Notes: generated by a model not told the origin, from the letters alone. A stretch of 64,000 nt of DNA from Botryllus schlosseri (GCA_051294905.1 CM119371.1:39682001-39746000), one strand, 5' to 3'; positions 26,747 through 40,780 are shown, numbered from the stretch's first letter. Numbers and translations are program-made.

Positions 26747-27798
26747 GCTCACACTGGTTGCAATTGAGCAAAATTTGTTGAGCATCGTTTCTGTACACAA
26801 CCTAACAACATCATGGGGTGAACAGAAATTTTTTTTTTTATATATTTCTAGATAATAGCCTCAATTTATAACTTTCTTCTCTTGTGGCAATACGGCTACT
26901 GGTTGTAATGGAACGAAATTTGGTGTGCAGCCGTTGATTAGGTAACATAACAATTTTATCAAGTATCCAGTATGATTTGAGAAAAGAGTCATTTTTTAAC
27001 ACCCCTACTGTACAGATGCTTGACAGACAAGCCATAAAACTATTAGCTATGATACACGCAATCACCAGTCACTCGTACATGTCAAAATGTTCGCATTAGA
27101 TGTCGCTTCTGCATTTGACGTGGGCATACGAATCAAATTCCTTCATCCTTGCAACGATATAACATAGGAGTTGTACAAGCCATAGTCGTTAAACCAGGGT
27201 ATGGTGAGTATGCTGCAGTTATCCTGTATTGTTAGTAGGCCTAAACGGCATACTTGCAATAGGAGTATTCAAAAATGACTATTTTTCAAATTGTACTGGC
27301 TACTTGATAAAATTGTTACGTTGCCTAGTTGAAGGCTGCACACCAAATTTGGTTTAATTCCAAGCAGTAGCCGTATTGGTACAAGAGAACAAAGTTTTGA
27401 ATTTATTGTTTAAAAATGAATAAAAATTTGTTCAAGATTTTCTGTTCACCCGATGATATTGTTAGGTTGTCTATAAACGGTGCTCAGCAAATTTGGCTCA
27501 ATTTCAACCAGTCGAAGCGGAGTTATTGCAGTCGAGAAATTTGGATTTGAATGTAATACGGCATAAAGGGGTGACGTCATGATAGTCAGAATTGACGAAT
27601 TAGCCGACTCGCAAACGTTCAATATTCGGTTGTATAATGTATATGGTGACAAAATTACGATACTATTAAGCAGGCCGCCTGCTGAATTGATTTCAAAATT
27701 TCCAAGGTAGCATCAATTTATTAGGTTTTAAGTACACGCCCCAATCCCGATAATACATCCATCGCATTAGCTTCGTCGTGTTACTGAACTTGCACCAT

Positions 27799-28929
27799 AA
27801 GCGCCAAACCTGGGCATGCAAGGCATGCCAGGCATGCCTAGACATTTTTTTAGGCATGCGGCATGCCTAGAATTCGGTTTGGCATGAATCGGCATAATCC
27901 CCGATTGTGTTATTTAGAACGAATCGCAATGTATTTCCGTTTACGACATTACCTGCTACCGCTTATGTGAGCGAGGTAACCCGTTGCGCGCGGCCAATTA
28001 GCTACAAGCGCGTTGCCAATTAACAAGATTTGTCTGTGCACAATATAACGCGACGCGATCTCCCGCTGAGATGATCGCGAAATTGTGTCATTGATTGCCG
28101 TGCGTTCGGCAATCATCGCTTGGGACGCTTGCCTGCTTTATCGCGTCTCCTACAAGCCTAGTTTCAGTCGCTTGAGCATGATGAACAATCACATCAGCAG
28201 TAGGCCCGGTGCCATCGCTGCCTGCACATTCGCATCTGCATTGGTGCACACGATATTATCGCTTGCCTACACAATCGCATCTGCAACAGGCCTGGTACGA
28301 AAGATATCATCGCTGGCCAACTATCGCGTCTAGAGTCGAGCATGCGTTGGCTCCCATCTTTCGATGGCTTGGTGACAATGCCGTTAGGTGTTTGTTGGTT
28401 AGCGATTGTAATTAAAGAGCGACATCGCTGACCTGAATGGCATCGAATGTCCGCAGACATGTGCGATTGTGAGTGCGCCGTGCATGCGTAAGTGAATCCC
28501 GCTAATACCTAAACATAACCATCAGAAGATGTGTGTCAACTGTCAAGGCTTGAGTTGTAAAAGAGGGAAAGGTTTGAACAACCTGAAATAGGTGCCATTA
28601 TAAAACAGATTCCATAACAACTCTGACATTTTGCCTTGCGCAAATCGTCGCTGAGGTTACGTAATACGCGTCGATAAGCAGCGTATTTAATTGTTCGCTA
28701 GCGATCAGGGACTCGCTAATTGACAGCACTTGCGGACTCGTCGACAAGCTTATCACATGCGCAAGTTTGTTAACAGGCAGATATTGCATAATCGGCATTT
28801 ATGCAGGCACTTAACCCTCATGAATTGATGCTATATTATCCCTGATTATCAATTCCGTCGGATCATGACGTCTTCCTTTGTGACGTCATCGAACTCGCAT
28901 GCCTAAGGAAAATTAGCGTTCGGCGCCTA
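27799..28929. mobile_element. MITE with GGCATGCC subterminal repeats and CpG-rich core
   Basis: Imperfect TIR TAAGCGCCAAAC...GTTCGGCGCCTA; no clean TSD. Confidence 0.55.
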
Positions 28930-31663
28930 TGACTTGCACGTATGATTATTATATATACTCGACATCTAGCGTAAGATAACTAGCCAGTCCGACTGTAGCC
29001 TACAGTGTACACTTGATTTACGAGCTCACAATCTTCCATCAATACGCATTACGCTAACAGTCCGCCTCGGGAACAAATGAATATGCATTCTCGAAGACGG
29101 CTAATAAACTAAGTTCCATGCACTGGACCCTGTTCACTAGCGACAATAATTTTAGAGGAGCCTGCAACACATCTTCCGATCGTTGTGTTTTTGGTATTAC
29201 TGCAAATAAAAGTCAATCGCGCCGATTGATTCTGTTTACAGCCAGTATGTATTTGAATTAAGTCCGCCCGTGTTATATGTCTTGTGACAGTATGACATCA
29301 CAATCACAGCAGACGCAATAGTACCGGCAGGCGAGCCAGATACCATATTTCAACACAGCAGGACAATTGCTACATTTCAGGCCTATACAAATTGACATCA
29401 TTTTAGTATTGAGGTTTCGGTCTTTTTTCCTCGCATAATTACTCGCATTCGATCAATGTATTGCTGCTGAGCAGCAGCATTACGAAATACATTGCTGATT
29501 TCTAAATCGCACAATCCACTAACTAGTCATGCAGTTACATGCCTAATGGAATTCTGGGTATGCCGCATACCGAAAAAAATTCCTAGCTATGCACGGCATA
29601 CGAAGCATACCTGAGTTCAGTGCCTGTGCCGACCAAAATGAGCACTGTAGGCCTACTCAATTCATTTTTCAAATTTCACTGGCTATGTTATACAATTATT
29701 GTTTTGGCTAAAACAGCGCTGTACACCAAATTTGGCTCAATTCCAACCAGTAGAAGTGAGTTTCTTGCTGTATAAAGTCTTGAATTTATTATTTAAAAAA
29801 TAAAACTTAGAAAAATTCATATTTTTGCAGACCCTATAAAATTGTTAGACTGTCAGTAGAGATGATGCACACCAAATTTAGCTCTATTCCAACCAGTAGA
29901 AGCAAAGTTATTGCAGTAAAAAAAATTGGATTTGAATAAAATAGTAATTGCAGTGGCTAACTCTTTCGATAATTATTATTATAAAATCCTAGAATAAGAA
30001 ATTGAACAGTCCATAGAAGAGAGATATTTTGCCATTAGATTATTTTACTACTATAGTTAGGAGCTCCAATCACTTCGTTTTCGGTCAATTTATTCGTGAT
30101 AGAGGAATGGAGGCCCGCCCAGTAAAACGCACAATCTTTGACTGATTGCTCACTCTCCTAAGTTACACCAGCGTATCGAGAACAATCCGAATATATGCAA
30201 TATCCGTCATTTTGATCGACACCGTTACTTGATGACTTGAAATTGCCTCGTAAATTTTGCTCCGAGTCACGAGTCAATCCACATTTTTAAACCGGCAAGT
30301 CAAGTCATTTTTGCAAAGTGACTCGAGTCAAGTTAAGTCATACGAAAAGAGTGACTCGAGTCTGACTTTTAATCGAGTCATCCCAACACTGTCACTTAAT
30401 ACACATAGCGAATACCAGGATCCGCACCACAGCCGAAAACGAACTAGGGCAGTCCATTAATATACACGGACGCAGCTACATCTGAACGCATGTGCCTGGA
30501 AACCGGAGCGATACCGTTCATTTTCAACCTTATCGGCTACAAAAATCCTAGAAGTGGGCCGTGCTACAAGTCGGCAGATACAGAAACATAATAATTAATA
30601 TCGGTCTGGCGTAAATGACCGATGCAGTCGAAAAATGTCATGATTACCCGAAAAAGCAACAAACTCATCGGCTGGACCGAACTTAATCGTGTGGGAAAAC
30701 ACAATTCGCATCCCTGCACAACAGCGATTTTACTTAATAATTATATAACTTGGCTGTGTCGATGTGTGAGATTCACTTATCCAATCGCACACGCAAATGG
30801 TAACTTTTCATATTTCATAGAGCAGTATCGCAGTAAGGCATACACACTCTTTTATCTTCATTTATAAACAACGATGATGAAAACTGATTACAGTGAATTA
30901 TCCTGTGCCAATTCGCCTTCAGTATACTTGAATATATTTCGAATGACAAGTGAAAACTGTGGGTGTGATCTGTGAAAGGCCGCCTGGTAAACTAATTTTG
31001 CAATTTACATAAACAGGTTAGCAATTGTGGAGGAATTGAAGCGTCACCCACAGAGTTAACATTGGTATAATATCTGTTGTGGAGACGGAAAAGTCTATCA
31101 CACCAATGTGACGTCTACCAGCTTCAGATATACGGTATATCATAATTGAAACGGTTGCAAATTTGCTGTTCACGTCAAATATGATTTTGAAAATTGCAAT
31201 CGTTCCTACAATAAACCTAAACTACCGGTAGGCCTACATCAGATTATTGCTCCTTCACGATTACCGGTACTAGATCCGTGCAGTGGGGCAAAAGTTGAAG
31301 ATTGTGTATGATAACTGAATGGGGAAGGGGAAGACGTCAAAATGATGAGCTTCGATGAACTCATGATAACTCGAGCTCTAGGTGACATTTCTATTCTAAC
31401 TCAAGTTCACATACAGTACGAATGTTTTCATTTAAATTGCAATATAGCGTGAGAAATAGCCAGTCACATGGTCAAATATCCACCGAAAAGCAAGTCTGTT
31501 TCGCTCGCCCTGTCAAATGGAATTTAATCGCCTAATCGGGTTTGGATACTGAAGGGAATGAAAATGTTAAGTTTGGCATAATGAATGCTCGATTGTGCTG
31601 TTTTTTTCGTGCTAGAAATGCACGGGGGAGGAATGCATGGGGATTACACATTACCGAATACTA

Positions 31664-33440
31664 CACTACAAAAAAAAATAAGACATTTTATATCTTATTA
31701 TCTTAAAGTGACTTTTTATGAAAAAATGTCTTAAAGACCAATTAGTCTTACCAAGTACTTTATGTCTCAAAAGTAAGGCAGAAATTGATCGAAAATAGTA
31801 ACAGTGCCTTGGGGGCAGTGGCGTATCCAGGGGGGGGTTTTAGGGGGTCGGGACCCCCCCTTTTCAAAATCATAAAAATTGATGTCAAATATAGCCTCTA
31901 ATATTTGCTAATTTATTAGTTTAACATATTCGTTTTTACGTATGAAAAGGCGAATATGGCGTCTTAATGTTATTTAAGGGGACTAACACCCCTACAAAAT
32001 ATTGGAATTATGCGCCGAATTAGTCGAAAGGAAAAATAGGTCATTATAATTCGCTAATTCCATACGAATTCTGCGCTTGTTCAGCTACATTTCAGCTGTG
32101 GCAATTGCCGACGTTCTCAACTTTCTTCCCTCGATTTCTCTCTCGCCTTGCTGAAACGAGAGACGCATTTTAGGAAAATCTAATCTAATTGGCCGACGCG
32201 ATACGTAATTGGAAAGACGAAGTTGTCGGCAATCAACATCGCTCGCGAACTCGCTGCACCTGCTCGCCATGAAATCCTAATTAAGAATTGCACGCGGCGT
32301 GTTGATTGATCAGCGAGACGCAGACACGACGGCACCAGCACGACAATGCTTTTCTCAAATCCACATTGTATTCGCGATTATTGGCGAGAAATGGCCTAGG
32401 ATTGACATTCACATTTCAAAATACAAGCCTAGCAATCCACGTTCTCGATTGTTAGGTGGCTTGCTGTCGTCCAAATACAGGCCTATGTTGTCGCTGAACG
32501 GGAGAATTGAGTAGGCCTAGTAGTAAAGTTAACCTAATTATATCGGCTGACAAGTTTCTCTGTCGATCAAGTTATTATCCCAGTGTGTACTCTGTATTAG
32601 TTGACTGACTTGCGTGCTTGCAATTAAGGTCTAATTATCTTCGCGCGTACTACACGCTCAGCCGTACGGCTAGTAAAGCCATCGAAAAGCACACATTCGT
32701 GTACGACGTACACTGTTCACACCACACCTCTCTGTGGCGATCGCCCTCGTTTATGCTACCGCCCTATTCCGCGCTTGTTCGTCCGCTGCGATACTACCGA
32801 CCGTGCGCATAATATCGTCAAAACCCAACAAAATCGCGCATTTCTGACCGGAACTAGGCGCTTGAAGACGGGCGGCGTTTGCCGGCTCATGACTAAATGT
32901 GAGCATTTACGAATTTCTTTCAATCATACCGTAAAAGAAACGCGATTTTCAGGCAATGTCCGTATCGTATTCGTACATCTCCCACTCACCGCAAATCTCT
33001 GTTTATTATTAAACTATAATATATTAAATATTCGCCATGGTGTGGAGACGAGTGATCGTAATGATGACGTCACAATAGCCAATTTCGTAACGCAAAACCC
33101 CCCCCTTTTTCGCGCTCTGGATACGCGCCTGCTTGGGGGCATCCTTTTCAATGTTAGTGGTCTGAGCGGAGGAGGGTAAGGATGAGAGAGACCAGAAATT
33201 GCAGTGTTGAGATGATCCTGTACTAAGTTGTCAAGGTATTCACTAGATATAGTTATCAAGGTACATGCCACTTACTACTCACGTGTACTATTCAGATCAA
33301 TATATATATGGTTGTCTGAGTCGAAAATAGCATTTATGGTGAGTGGGTGGTAAAATGAGACCAAATCATCCTCATTTCTTAAATTTGAGACCAAATTTGT
33401 CTAATTTTGAGACCAATTTGTCTAATTTTTTTTTGTAGTG
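31664..33440. mobile_element. CACTA/EnSpm-type MITE, copy 1 (interrupted)
   Basis: TA|CACTACAAAAAA...TTTTTTGTAGTG|TA; matches 36767-37218 apart from the insertion. Confidence 0.9.
31816..33131. mobile_element. hAT (Tip100-like) non-autonomous element
   Basis: CAGTGGCGTATCCAG...CTGGATACGCGCCTG with perfect TSD CTTGGGGG; the empty site is visible in copy 2 at ~36910. Confidence 0.92.
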
Positions 33441-35389
33441 TACGTATATAACCAACGACTGCCGAACGAGCAGACGCGAACGAAACGATGAAGCTCTCGG
33501 CGACGGCCGACGCCGGTCGGGGCACGGCTTTCTGTGCTAGTGTTCGTCGTGACCCGGGCCGTGGCGCCGACCTCGGAAGTGGCCGACCGATCCGAATCGG
33601 TTCGCGGGGCGGAACGTGTTCGCGCGCTGACTGGCGCGCAAGTTCCGGATCCGCGCGAGACGGCTGCGTAAACGACCGGTTTTCGACGGCGGGCGGGGCG
33701 GCTCGATCGAGCTGTGCAAAATTAACACTTCTACTTCCTAAAGCCGCGTTTCGCGGAGCTAGCAAGACCCGCAGCCCCATCTGACCCGCGCTCGTCTGAG
33801 GGGCAGTTCAGACCTGTCAGGCGATGACCGCAGCCCGGTTCTGCCACGTCGCCAACCAGTACTACAACGCGGCAAAAGCCCAGTTTGATCGGCCCTCGCT
33901 CGCCACGGGGGAGAGCGATAGCCTGAGCGTCGAGCGCCGCGCTGGAAATTGGGACTCTAAATTGAAAGAGCGATAAGCTTTTAGAAACGACGGGTCATAA
34001 GTAGACGACAATGTGTATTGGGCTTCGAGTCCTGTCGAGTGTTCGATTATCAATGAGAACGGCGTGGAAAGTTGAAATGTATACAAATTATACATGTAGA
34101 GTGGCCACAGCGAATAAAATGTCAGTTTCGCATCGGATTAAATGTAATTGCGACAGGACAGCTATATTTTTCGAGCGTACCCGTTTAATTGCGCATTTTT
34201 GATGATAATTCTGGGATGATCCACCGATCAAGGATAATCCCGGAATTATCAAAGATTTATCAAAGAAAATTTGAAATCACTCCACTTCTACGGCTTGGAA
34301 TTCAAAATTTTCATGCTGTACTAAATCCGCGAATATTGGTTAGAATGAATTCGAATCTGGTGTACGTCGTTTTATCGATTTAATCACGTAACCAGCAAGA
34401 TTCAGAAATAAAGGTTATTTTTCAACAGTCCTATTGCGCATCCATTGTCACTGTTGCCGCGGCTCGACCACGACTTCACAGATATCTCATATACAATGAC
34501 GCACCCCGCTTCGTATGCCGCAACGCGTTGGGAAATGACTTCGAAACTATAAATTAACTCTTAGCGACAGGATCGTCTAATTTCAGTACGCTAAGAAATC
34601 ATGTATCACTACACGATTAGAATCTTTAAAATTGTTACTCTGTTCATTTTTGAGTGCCCGTGCCATTGTGCTCGCCCGGCCCCAAACTACGAGCCCGCTC
34701 GCGGACGGCGGGAACCGCGGGATTATGCGAGAGACCTCCAGCGGATGACGCGAGCGTGCGAATTCGAATTGCCGCGTATCGTCTCCCGCTCTCGAGGGCG
34801 TCGTGGCCTAATGGGTATAAGCACTGTGCTTGCCTCGCCGCCGCGCCGCGCCGCGCCGCCGCCGGGGCTCGAATCCCTCCCGCCAAAGGCGAAAATGAAG
34901 AGCGAAAAAGTATACGGTATGGTTACGCCCGAAGAATGTAGAAGGGCAAGAAGTGCGAGGTCATTGTTGCGTCATGCCACTGTTACGTTGCGGCATCCAT
35001 TTTGGTCTCAAAAGACCACAAAAACAGCCTGAACCTATGTGTGAGGCTGTAGTTTTCGGTCATGTTGGCAGTGATATTTATGGGATTATATATATATATA
35101 TCGGCTTTCAATTAAATAAAAGGGCAAAAGAAAACAGGAAACAAAGGAACATCAAGATATCAGTTTTGGGCCATTATCAAGCGCCTCCAGCGTGGGCGGT
35201 CGTGGGCGTCTTCGAGCGATAGCCCGCGTTGCGCTAGCTCGGTCTCTATTGTTGAGCGCCATGTGGTTCTATTCCAGCCACCTCTGCGCCATGGCTCTGT
35301 TATGGGATTACGCCCGCAACTTAGATATTGGACATAGAAACCAAGGTGAATTTATGTATTTTCGTTGTCTGCTGGTCGTTTTTATTTCA

Positions 35390-36090
35390 GATCACCCCGG
35401 ACTACCACAGCAAAATGCATTTCTGGGCTGCATCAACGAATTGTAGGCCTACATATGGCGATATATTTAGAATCTCAACCTAAAGGCTTCTTGTGAGAAT
35501 TGTATCCTGTTGAAGCAGGAGATGGAGCTAGTAAGATTCAATATGGCCAATAGAAACTTTCCGCATACATACTGTAACAGCATAGACCACCCAATACGAT
35601 ATAAAGTCACCCATCTTACAATTTGCAGCTACAAGGCCGGTGTCAGGAGAAAGATGAAGAAATTGCGCGTTATTATTATGATTAAAAGTTTATAGAGTCG
35701 TCCTTATCACTTGTTTAGGTCTTGTGTGCCACGGAATACAGTGCAAAGAAATTCAGGGAGAAAGACGAAGAAATTGCGCGGTTGAAATCGCTGGTAATGC
35801 GAAATCATTGTGAAATTAATTGTAGCATTTTGACGATACAAATACACAATGAAAACCATACAAGATACCCAAATGTGATTAATAGCGGAATTGCACAATT
35901 TATGATCGTTTTGGAACTTGGATGTAAGCTCGGATAACAAGGAACAGATGGAGAAGGATAGGAAGGTTTTTTCAACAAGGATCAGATTCAGGCTTTGAAA
36001 AGAGAAGGGCAGGCCTCTGGATGCAGATGGGCCGGTGATACATTTATGTCAGCACTGAAAATCAGGTTTTCATTTGGAAAGCATGGGTAG
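35390..36090 (+). pseudogene. P-element/THAP9-like transposase relic (N-terminal linker region)
   Basis: Coiled-coil fragment REKDEEIARLKSL, then FFNKDQIQALKREGQASGCRWAGDTFMSALKIRFSFGKHG* (35968-36090). This resembles the F.xDQI..L....W...TI..AL.LRF..G..GY segment of P-family transposases. Confidence 0.6.
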
Positions 36091-36766
36091 TTTTTGAGCT
36101 CCAACAGTGCTTCTATATCGAATGTAAACATTCGATGGTGTAGATATCTGAGTAAATCCTCTGATACCACGAACATTTTTATTAATTTTTTAATATGTTC
36201 TCGGCAAAAAATCACAAACAAAATATGCGACGGAATCCGACCCGAATACGCAGAAATACAACAAAAACAACCGCCGATACCCCTGTCCGCCCGCGACAAA
36301 CGCGACTACACGCGCGCCCCAATACGGACCGGGACGGGGCTCGTTCACTTGAGGACCAATTCTACTACATCCTTATGGAGAAAATTGATTTTTGGTCCGA
36401 AAGTGAACGAGCCCCGGAGGTTCGTCAATTAGGTTAGCGGACCTGGACGCCTCTGCATTACCTTTTTCCTAGAATTCATGATCATTTCCTATAGAGAAAG
36501 GTTCAAGCGGGTATTTATGTTAAAAACAATTTGTTTTTCTCGTATAATATCAGTTTCAACATGCATATTTCCATCACAGTCCCGTGAATTCAATAAATTC
36601 ATTTGCGCATATAGAAACTGGATTTTTGACGGTCCCGAGTTCGTGGACGGGTTTTAGCTTCGAGCTAACGGATCGGAATCTTCGAGGAAATGATCGAGTC
36701 GAATCTAGTAGAACATCTACGGAGGTATTTGGCATTATTCATGTAGGTTAGAAAGGGGACACTGTA

Positions 36767-37218
36767 CACTACAAAAAAAATAAGACATTTTATATCTTAT
36801 TATCTTAAAGTGACTTTTTATGAAAAAATGTCTTAAAGACCAATTAGTCTTACCAAGTACTTTATGTCTCAAAAGTAAGGCAGAAATTGATCGAAAATAG
36901 TAACAGTGCCTTGGGGGCATCCTTTTCAATGTTAGTGGTCTGAGCGGAGGAGGGTAAGGATGAGAGAGACCAGAAATTGCAGTGTTGAGATGATCCTGTA
37001 CTAAGTTGTCAAGGTATTCACTAGATATAGTTATCAAGGTACATGCCACTTACTACTCACGTGTACTATTCAGATCAATATATATATGGTTGTCTGAGTC
37101 GAAAATAGCATTTATGGTGAGTGGGTGGTAAAATGAGACCAAATCATCCTCATTTCTTAAATTTGAGACCAAATTTGTCTAATTTTGAGACCAATTTGTC
37201 TAATTTTTTTTTGTAGTG
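36767..37218. mobile_element. CACTA/EnSpm-type MITE, copy 2 (intact, 452 bp)
   Basis: TA|CACTACAAAAAA...GTAGTG|TA with subterminal GAGACCAA(A)TTTGTCTAA repeats. Confidence 0.92.
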
Positions 37219-37328
37219 TAGGTTACGGAAGGCATCACTTTGAAAAACGCATCGGCTATGATGAGGAATCTAGAAAACCGCGATTTGTTGTTTTCCTACG
37301 GAAGCTATGATCTCATGAAGTGACTCAC

Positions 37329-37675
37329 ATGTATTGTATCCTTGATGCACCTTGCAATGATGTCCAACAACTCATCGTCGATTCTGCAGTTGTATAAATC
37401 CAAAGAACGAAGGCTTTGACTCCTTGCTGCAAGCGTTCCAACGATATGAGCTTCATCGCGACTCAACGAGATGTGGTGTACATCGATGACGTCAAGTTCT
37501 TTCATGAGTTCGACGACGTCTGCTTCACAGATCGCTGTGTACAGCTCCATACGTTCCAAACCATTGGCACTTGCCTCGAACATGCGAATGTCATCTTCGT
37601 CTCTCTCTGCATTCTTCTCGAGTTGAAAGCGGAGTGATTGCGCCAAAACTTGTTTCTTCTCCGTTCCATCGGAGA
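37329..37675 (-). CDS. NLR-type linker plus RI-like LRR exon
   Basis: TTTCTTGTCTCGTCACAG acceptor, GTGAGT donor, 347 nt open. Peptide ...ELYTAICEAD...SLSRDEAHIVGTLAARSQSLRSLDLYNCRIDDELLDIIARCIKDTIH. Confidence 0.8.
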
Positions 37676-37819
37676 CTGTGACGAGACAAGAAATATAGCG
37701 GTATCCGTTGACGGCACATGGCTACGTAACAATTCGACGATGTGCGCCGCTGCGGCAAGACCGGGTCGAGTTCACAGCGTTTTAACAACAATGGCAACGA
37801 CGAGCTTTACCATTAACGT

Positions 37820-38233
37820 AGGAAACCAGACATCTGGGTTTTCCACCCATACCTGGGGTTTTCGACCATATCTGGGTTTTTCGACCATCACATGAGTTTC
37901 TGGGTTTTGTACTTGAAATCTGGGTTTTCAACACAATGTTCACCTGGTTAATTTTATGTTCGAAAATCAATTATATTAGATTAGTGAGTTCATAATGTCT
38001 TATCGCATTGTACATTGTGTGTGACTTGTTCAGATAAAAATAATAACCCAACAATGTTATGTTCTGTTATGTTATGCTAAAGCCCTATATCAATATGACT
38101 GTAATTAATGACTGTCAGTTTCCATTTCCTCAGCTTTCGCATAGGAATTTCAGTGAAATATAGGAACTGGGTTTTCCAGGGTTTATTTAGCGTCCACATC
38201 TGGGTTTTTCCGAAATATCCCAATGGCATATCT
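37820..38233. mobile_element. Truncated hAT-type MITE with CTGGGTTTT repeats
   Basis: Repeated CTGGGTTTT motifs; ends ...TGGCATATCTA. Confidence 0.55.
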
Positions 38234-39176
38234 AGGGCACAATGATTCGAGTACTCGTATCTGAATCCAGTATTAATTTTAATGAATCGAGTCGAGTAAT
38301 AATATAATACGATTTTTTTCGAGTAGAATACCATGTGTTATACGCTCCTCGCAACTGAATGTTGATTTACTAACGGCAATTATCGTTTTGATACTATTTT
38401 TCAATGATAAGGCCTTGAAACCTTGATTGGCCGTGTCGCAGCATACGAGACATAGTAAAAAGTTACGAACGTTGCTCGAAATACCACATTTTCGAAGTCA
38501 TGATCGTCCCACAACATTGTCAAGAAGTGCAATGAAATTGATATGGTTGAAAAAATACCAATGTATCTTTAATGTGATGGATAACAGTCATTACGTTCTC
38601 TGCGGTGTATATTCTGTTGTATCGTTATAATGAGTGATACCTGAATACTCGACTCGACTCGAAGCGTAATAGACACTTACGTGACCTTTGACACGAACCA
38701 ATCAGGTTGCAGCAGGATGTAAACAAAGAACTAGGCCGGACAATCTCACTATGAGCGCTTATGGAAAAGGGTTGAAAATTGAAAGTTTTTTGCAAAATTA
38801 CATTGAATTGGGAATAGCTGGCTTTGGTGAATGGTAATAACGTCGAGCTAGTATGTATTTGCAGTGTTCTAACCTACAATAAACATGAATGGTGGCAAGC
38901 ACTCATCAGCATGGTATGTCCAAATGAATGGATTTCTGACAACTTTTCGGATGAAGCAACTATTGCTGTATTATCCTTAGTCCTTAGTCGTACACAATGG
39001 GATTGTCGTACCGAAAGCATGTATTGGTCAGGATATGTGGGGTATTCATTATGTGGGCTTGGCGTTATAAGCGTTCTATTTATGAAATCGTATAGTACAG
39101 TCTACAGTCTGCATCATTATCTAGCAAATTACTGTTACACTGGACACTCGTCTGCATATTCAATGATCATATAAAT

Positions 39177-39410
39177 ATGATATATGTTAGGCCGGATAAC
39201 CACTGCGCTAATAGCCTGTGTAACTTGGAGATGGCTACCCAGCCAGACCGTTCCTGGTGTGCACTTGTACCTTTCCCAGAGCCAATAACATGCGTGGAAG
39301 AATGTAAAATCTGGATAAAGGCATGTGGACTTCCTTGTAGTCATCTGAATTCTCATTTTATTGACATATCTATTATTGCACCAAAAATATGGAATCGTGA
39401 CATAATTTAG
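39177..39410 (+). pseudogene. Degenerate THAP-type zinc finger from a DNA transposon
   Basis: HCANSLCN...VPFPEPITCVEECKIWIKACGLPCSHLN matches the C-x4-C...FP...W..AC THAP pattern; the final CxxHF is lost. Confidence 0.6.
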
Positions 39411-40432
39411 ATGAAACAATTCTGTGTTTCAGAATGAGTCCAATCTGAAATGCAGTCACACTTGATGCCACAATCGACTTGGAGTGTGTCTCGTTTTATT
39501 CAACTCCAGTTTTGTTGCTTGATGGTGTGTAATGGATTGAAACTGTTGAGAGCAATATATTCAATAATGAGATGAATAGTTGAAATTGGTGGCGCTGATA
39601 CGTTGCATGAGTGAGTCGGACGAGTACGCCTTGATAGGTGCCTGCACAGCAGTGTTGCTCTGTAAAATAAACATATTGTATATTTTGTGCAGGCTTGATG
39701 GATATCTTATATGAAGCCTGCAGAAAGAGGATTTGATGGATAAAACGCAAGAAAATCAAATTTCTGGAAGAAGTAGAAGCACGAAACAGGAAACCCGTCC
39801 AGGAAAATTACAAATTGACGGACAATTATTGCTAGTGAAGTTTAGTTCTCAGAGGAGCATCATAATGTCAAAAGATGCAGAGAAGCTGAAATTTTATGCT
39901 AGACTGTGACATTAAATTCTTTCTTATCCTACTGACGTCAAATTTATAGCATTGCTGTAAGCATATAGTATTAAACCATTGGGTCAAGCGTATATAACTG
40001 CTTCATTAGATTTCGATTTGGCCATGTAGATATGTGGTTCTTAAAAAAGGCACCATTTGTATTCATTCATGATTTCTGAAAACTAGAATGATTATTGACT
40101 GTCAATAAATCACATACAACTTTGAAAGGATTGATGGATTGTGGTGCACTTACTTTTGTGCAGGAACTGTTCACAGGGACCATTTCCCAGCAAACACGAG
40201 ATATATTCAGCACATGTCCGGATATCTTTTTGTTGTCCAAATTATCTCAAAATCATATTTGTGCATATGTTGTTCTGAAACATATATTGAATACATCTTT
40301 TTTTTGTTCAACAACTTTTACCAAAATGTCGAAAATATATTTGCGAGGAATCAAATTCGATTATTTTAACATATTATGGTATAATTTATCTACCGTAACT
40401 TATATTGAAGTTTTAGGGTGATTTTGTCACCA

Positions 40433-40780
40433 TTTTTTTAATCGACGGAATTTATTTTCATCTGCTGCTCAAGACATACAAACAATGCGATATACAAGAC
40501 ACACAATGCAATGTAATTAACAGATAGGGGGTGCTGAACGACCAACTTTGTTTGGGTCTCCTAAACTGGCAACCTGCTCGACCTATATAGGTCCCGTTGT
40601 CACAGTCTTTTGTTCGATGTTAATCTTTATTTTTCGTTCCTTTTTTCTCTCTTCATTGGATCTTTTTTCCCGGCGACACCCAGGGCAAGTATTCTAGAAT
40701 AACCCCCGATGTCAGGAATCGAACCCTGGCCGCCTGCTTGGATGGCGCCAACGCTCGTCACCACCGAGTGACTCTCTGGC
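40433..40780 (-). mobile_element. tRNA-derived SINE (Gly-TCC-like head)
   Basis: Minus strand head GCCAGAGAGTCACTCGGTGGTGACGAGCG...CCATCCAAGCAGG...GGGTTCGATTCCTG with A/B boxes; 3' AATAAA and short A tail. Confidence 0.65.

Larger units (their letters stand above)
19935..27010. mobile_element. Tc1/mariner-type MITE split by Academ and hAT insertions
   Basis: Reconstructed as TA|CAGTA[Academ]GGGGTGTT...[hAT]...AACACCCCTACTG|TA. Confidence 0.75.

Noticed and set aside
29030..29161. Additional minus-strand exon of gene A (CAG...GTGAG borders)
   Set aside because: Stops occur in all three frames; it cannot be supported beyond a possible decayed exon.
33379..33784. Overlapping Arg/Ala/Gly-rich ORFs as real or bacterial genes
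   Set aside because: Open on both strands, as expected for GC-rich DNA; no recognisable domain, ribosome-binding site or operon context.
40705..40780. Functional tRNA-Gly gene
   Set aside because: Acceptor and anticodon stems do not pair well, and the sequence continues into a body and A-rich tail, so a SINE head is more likely.
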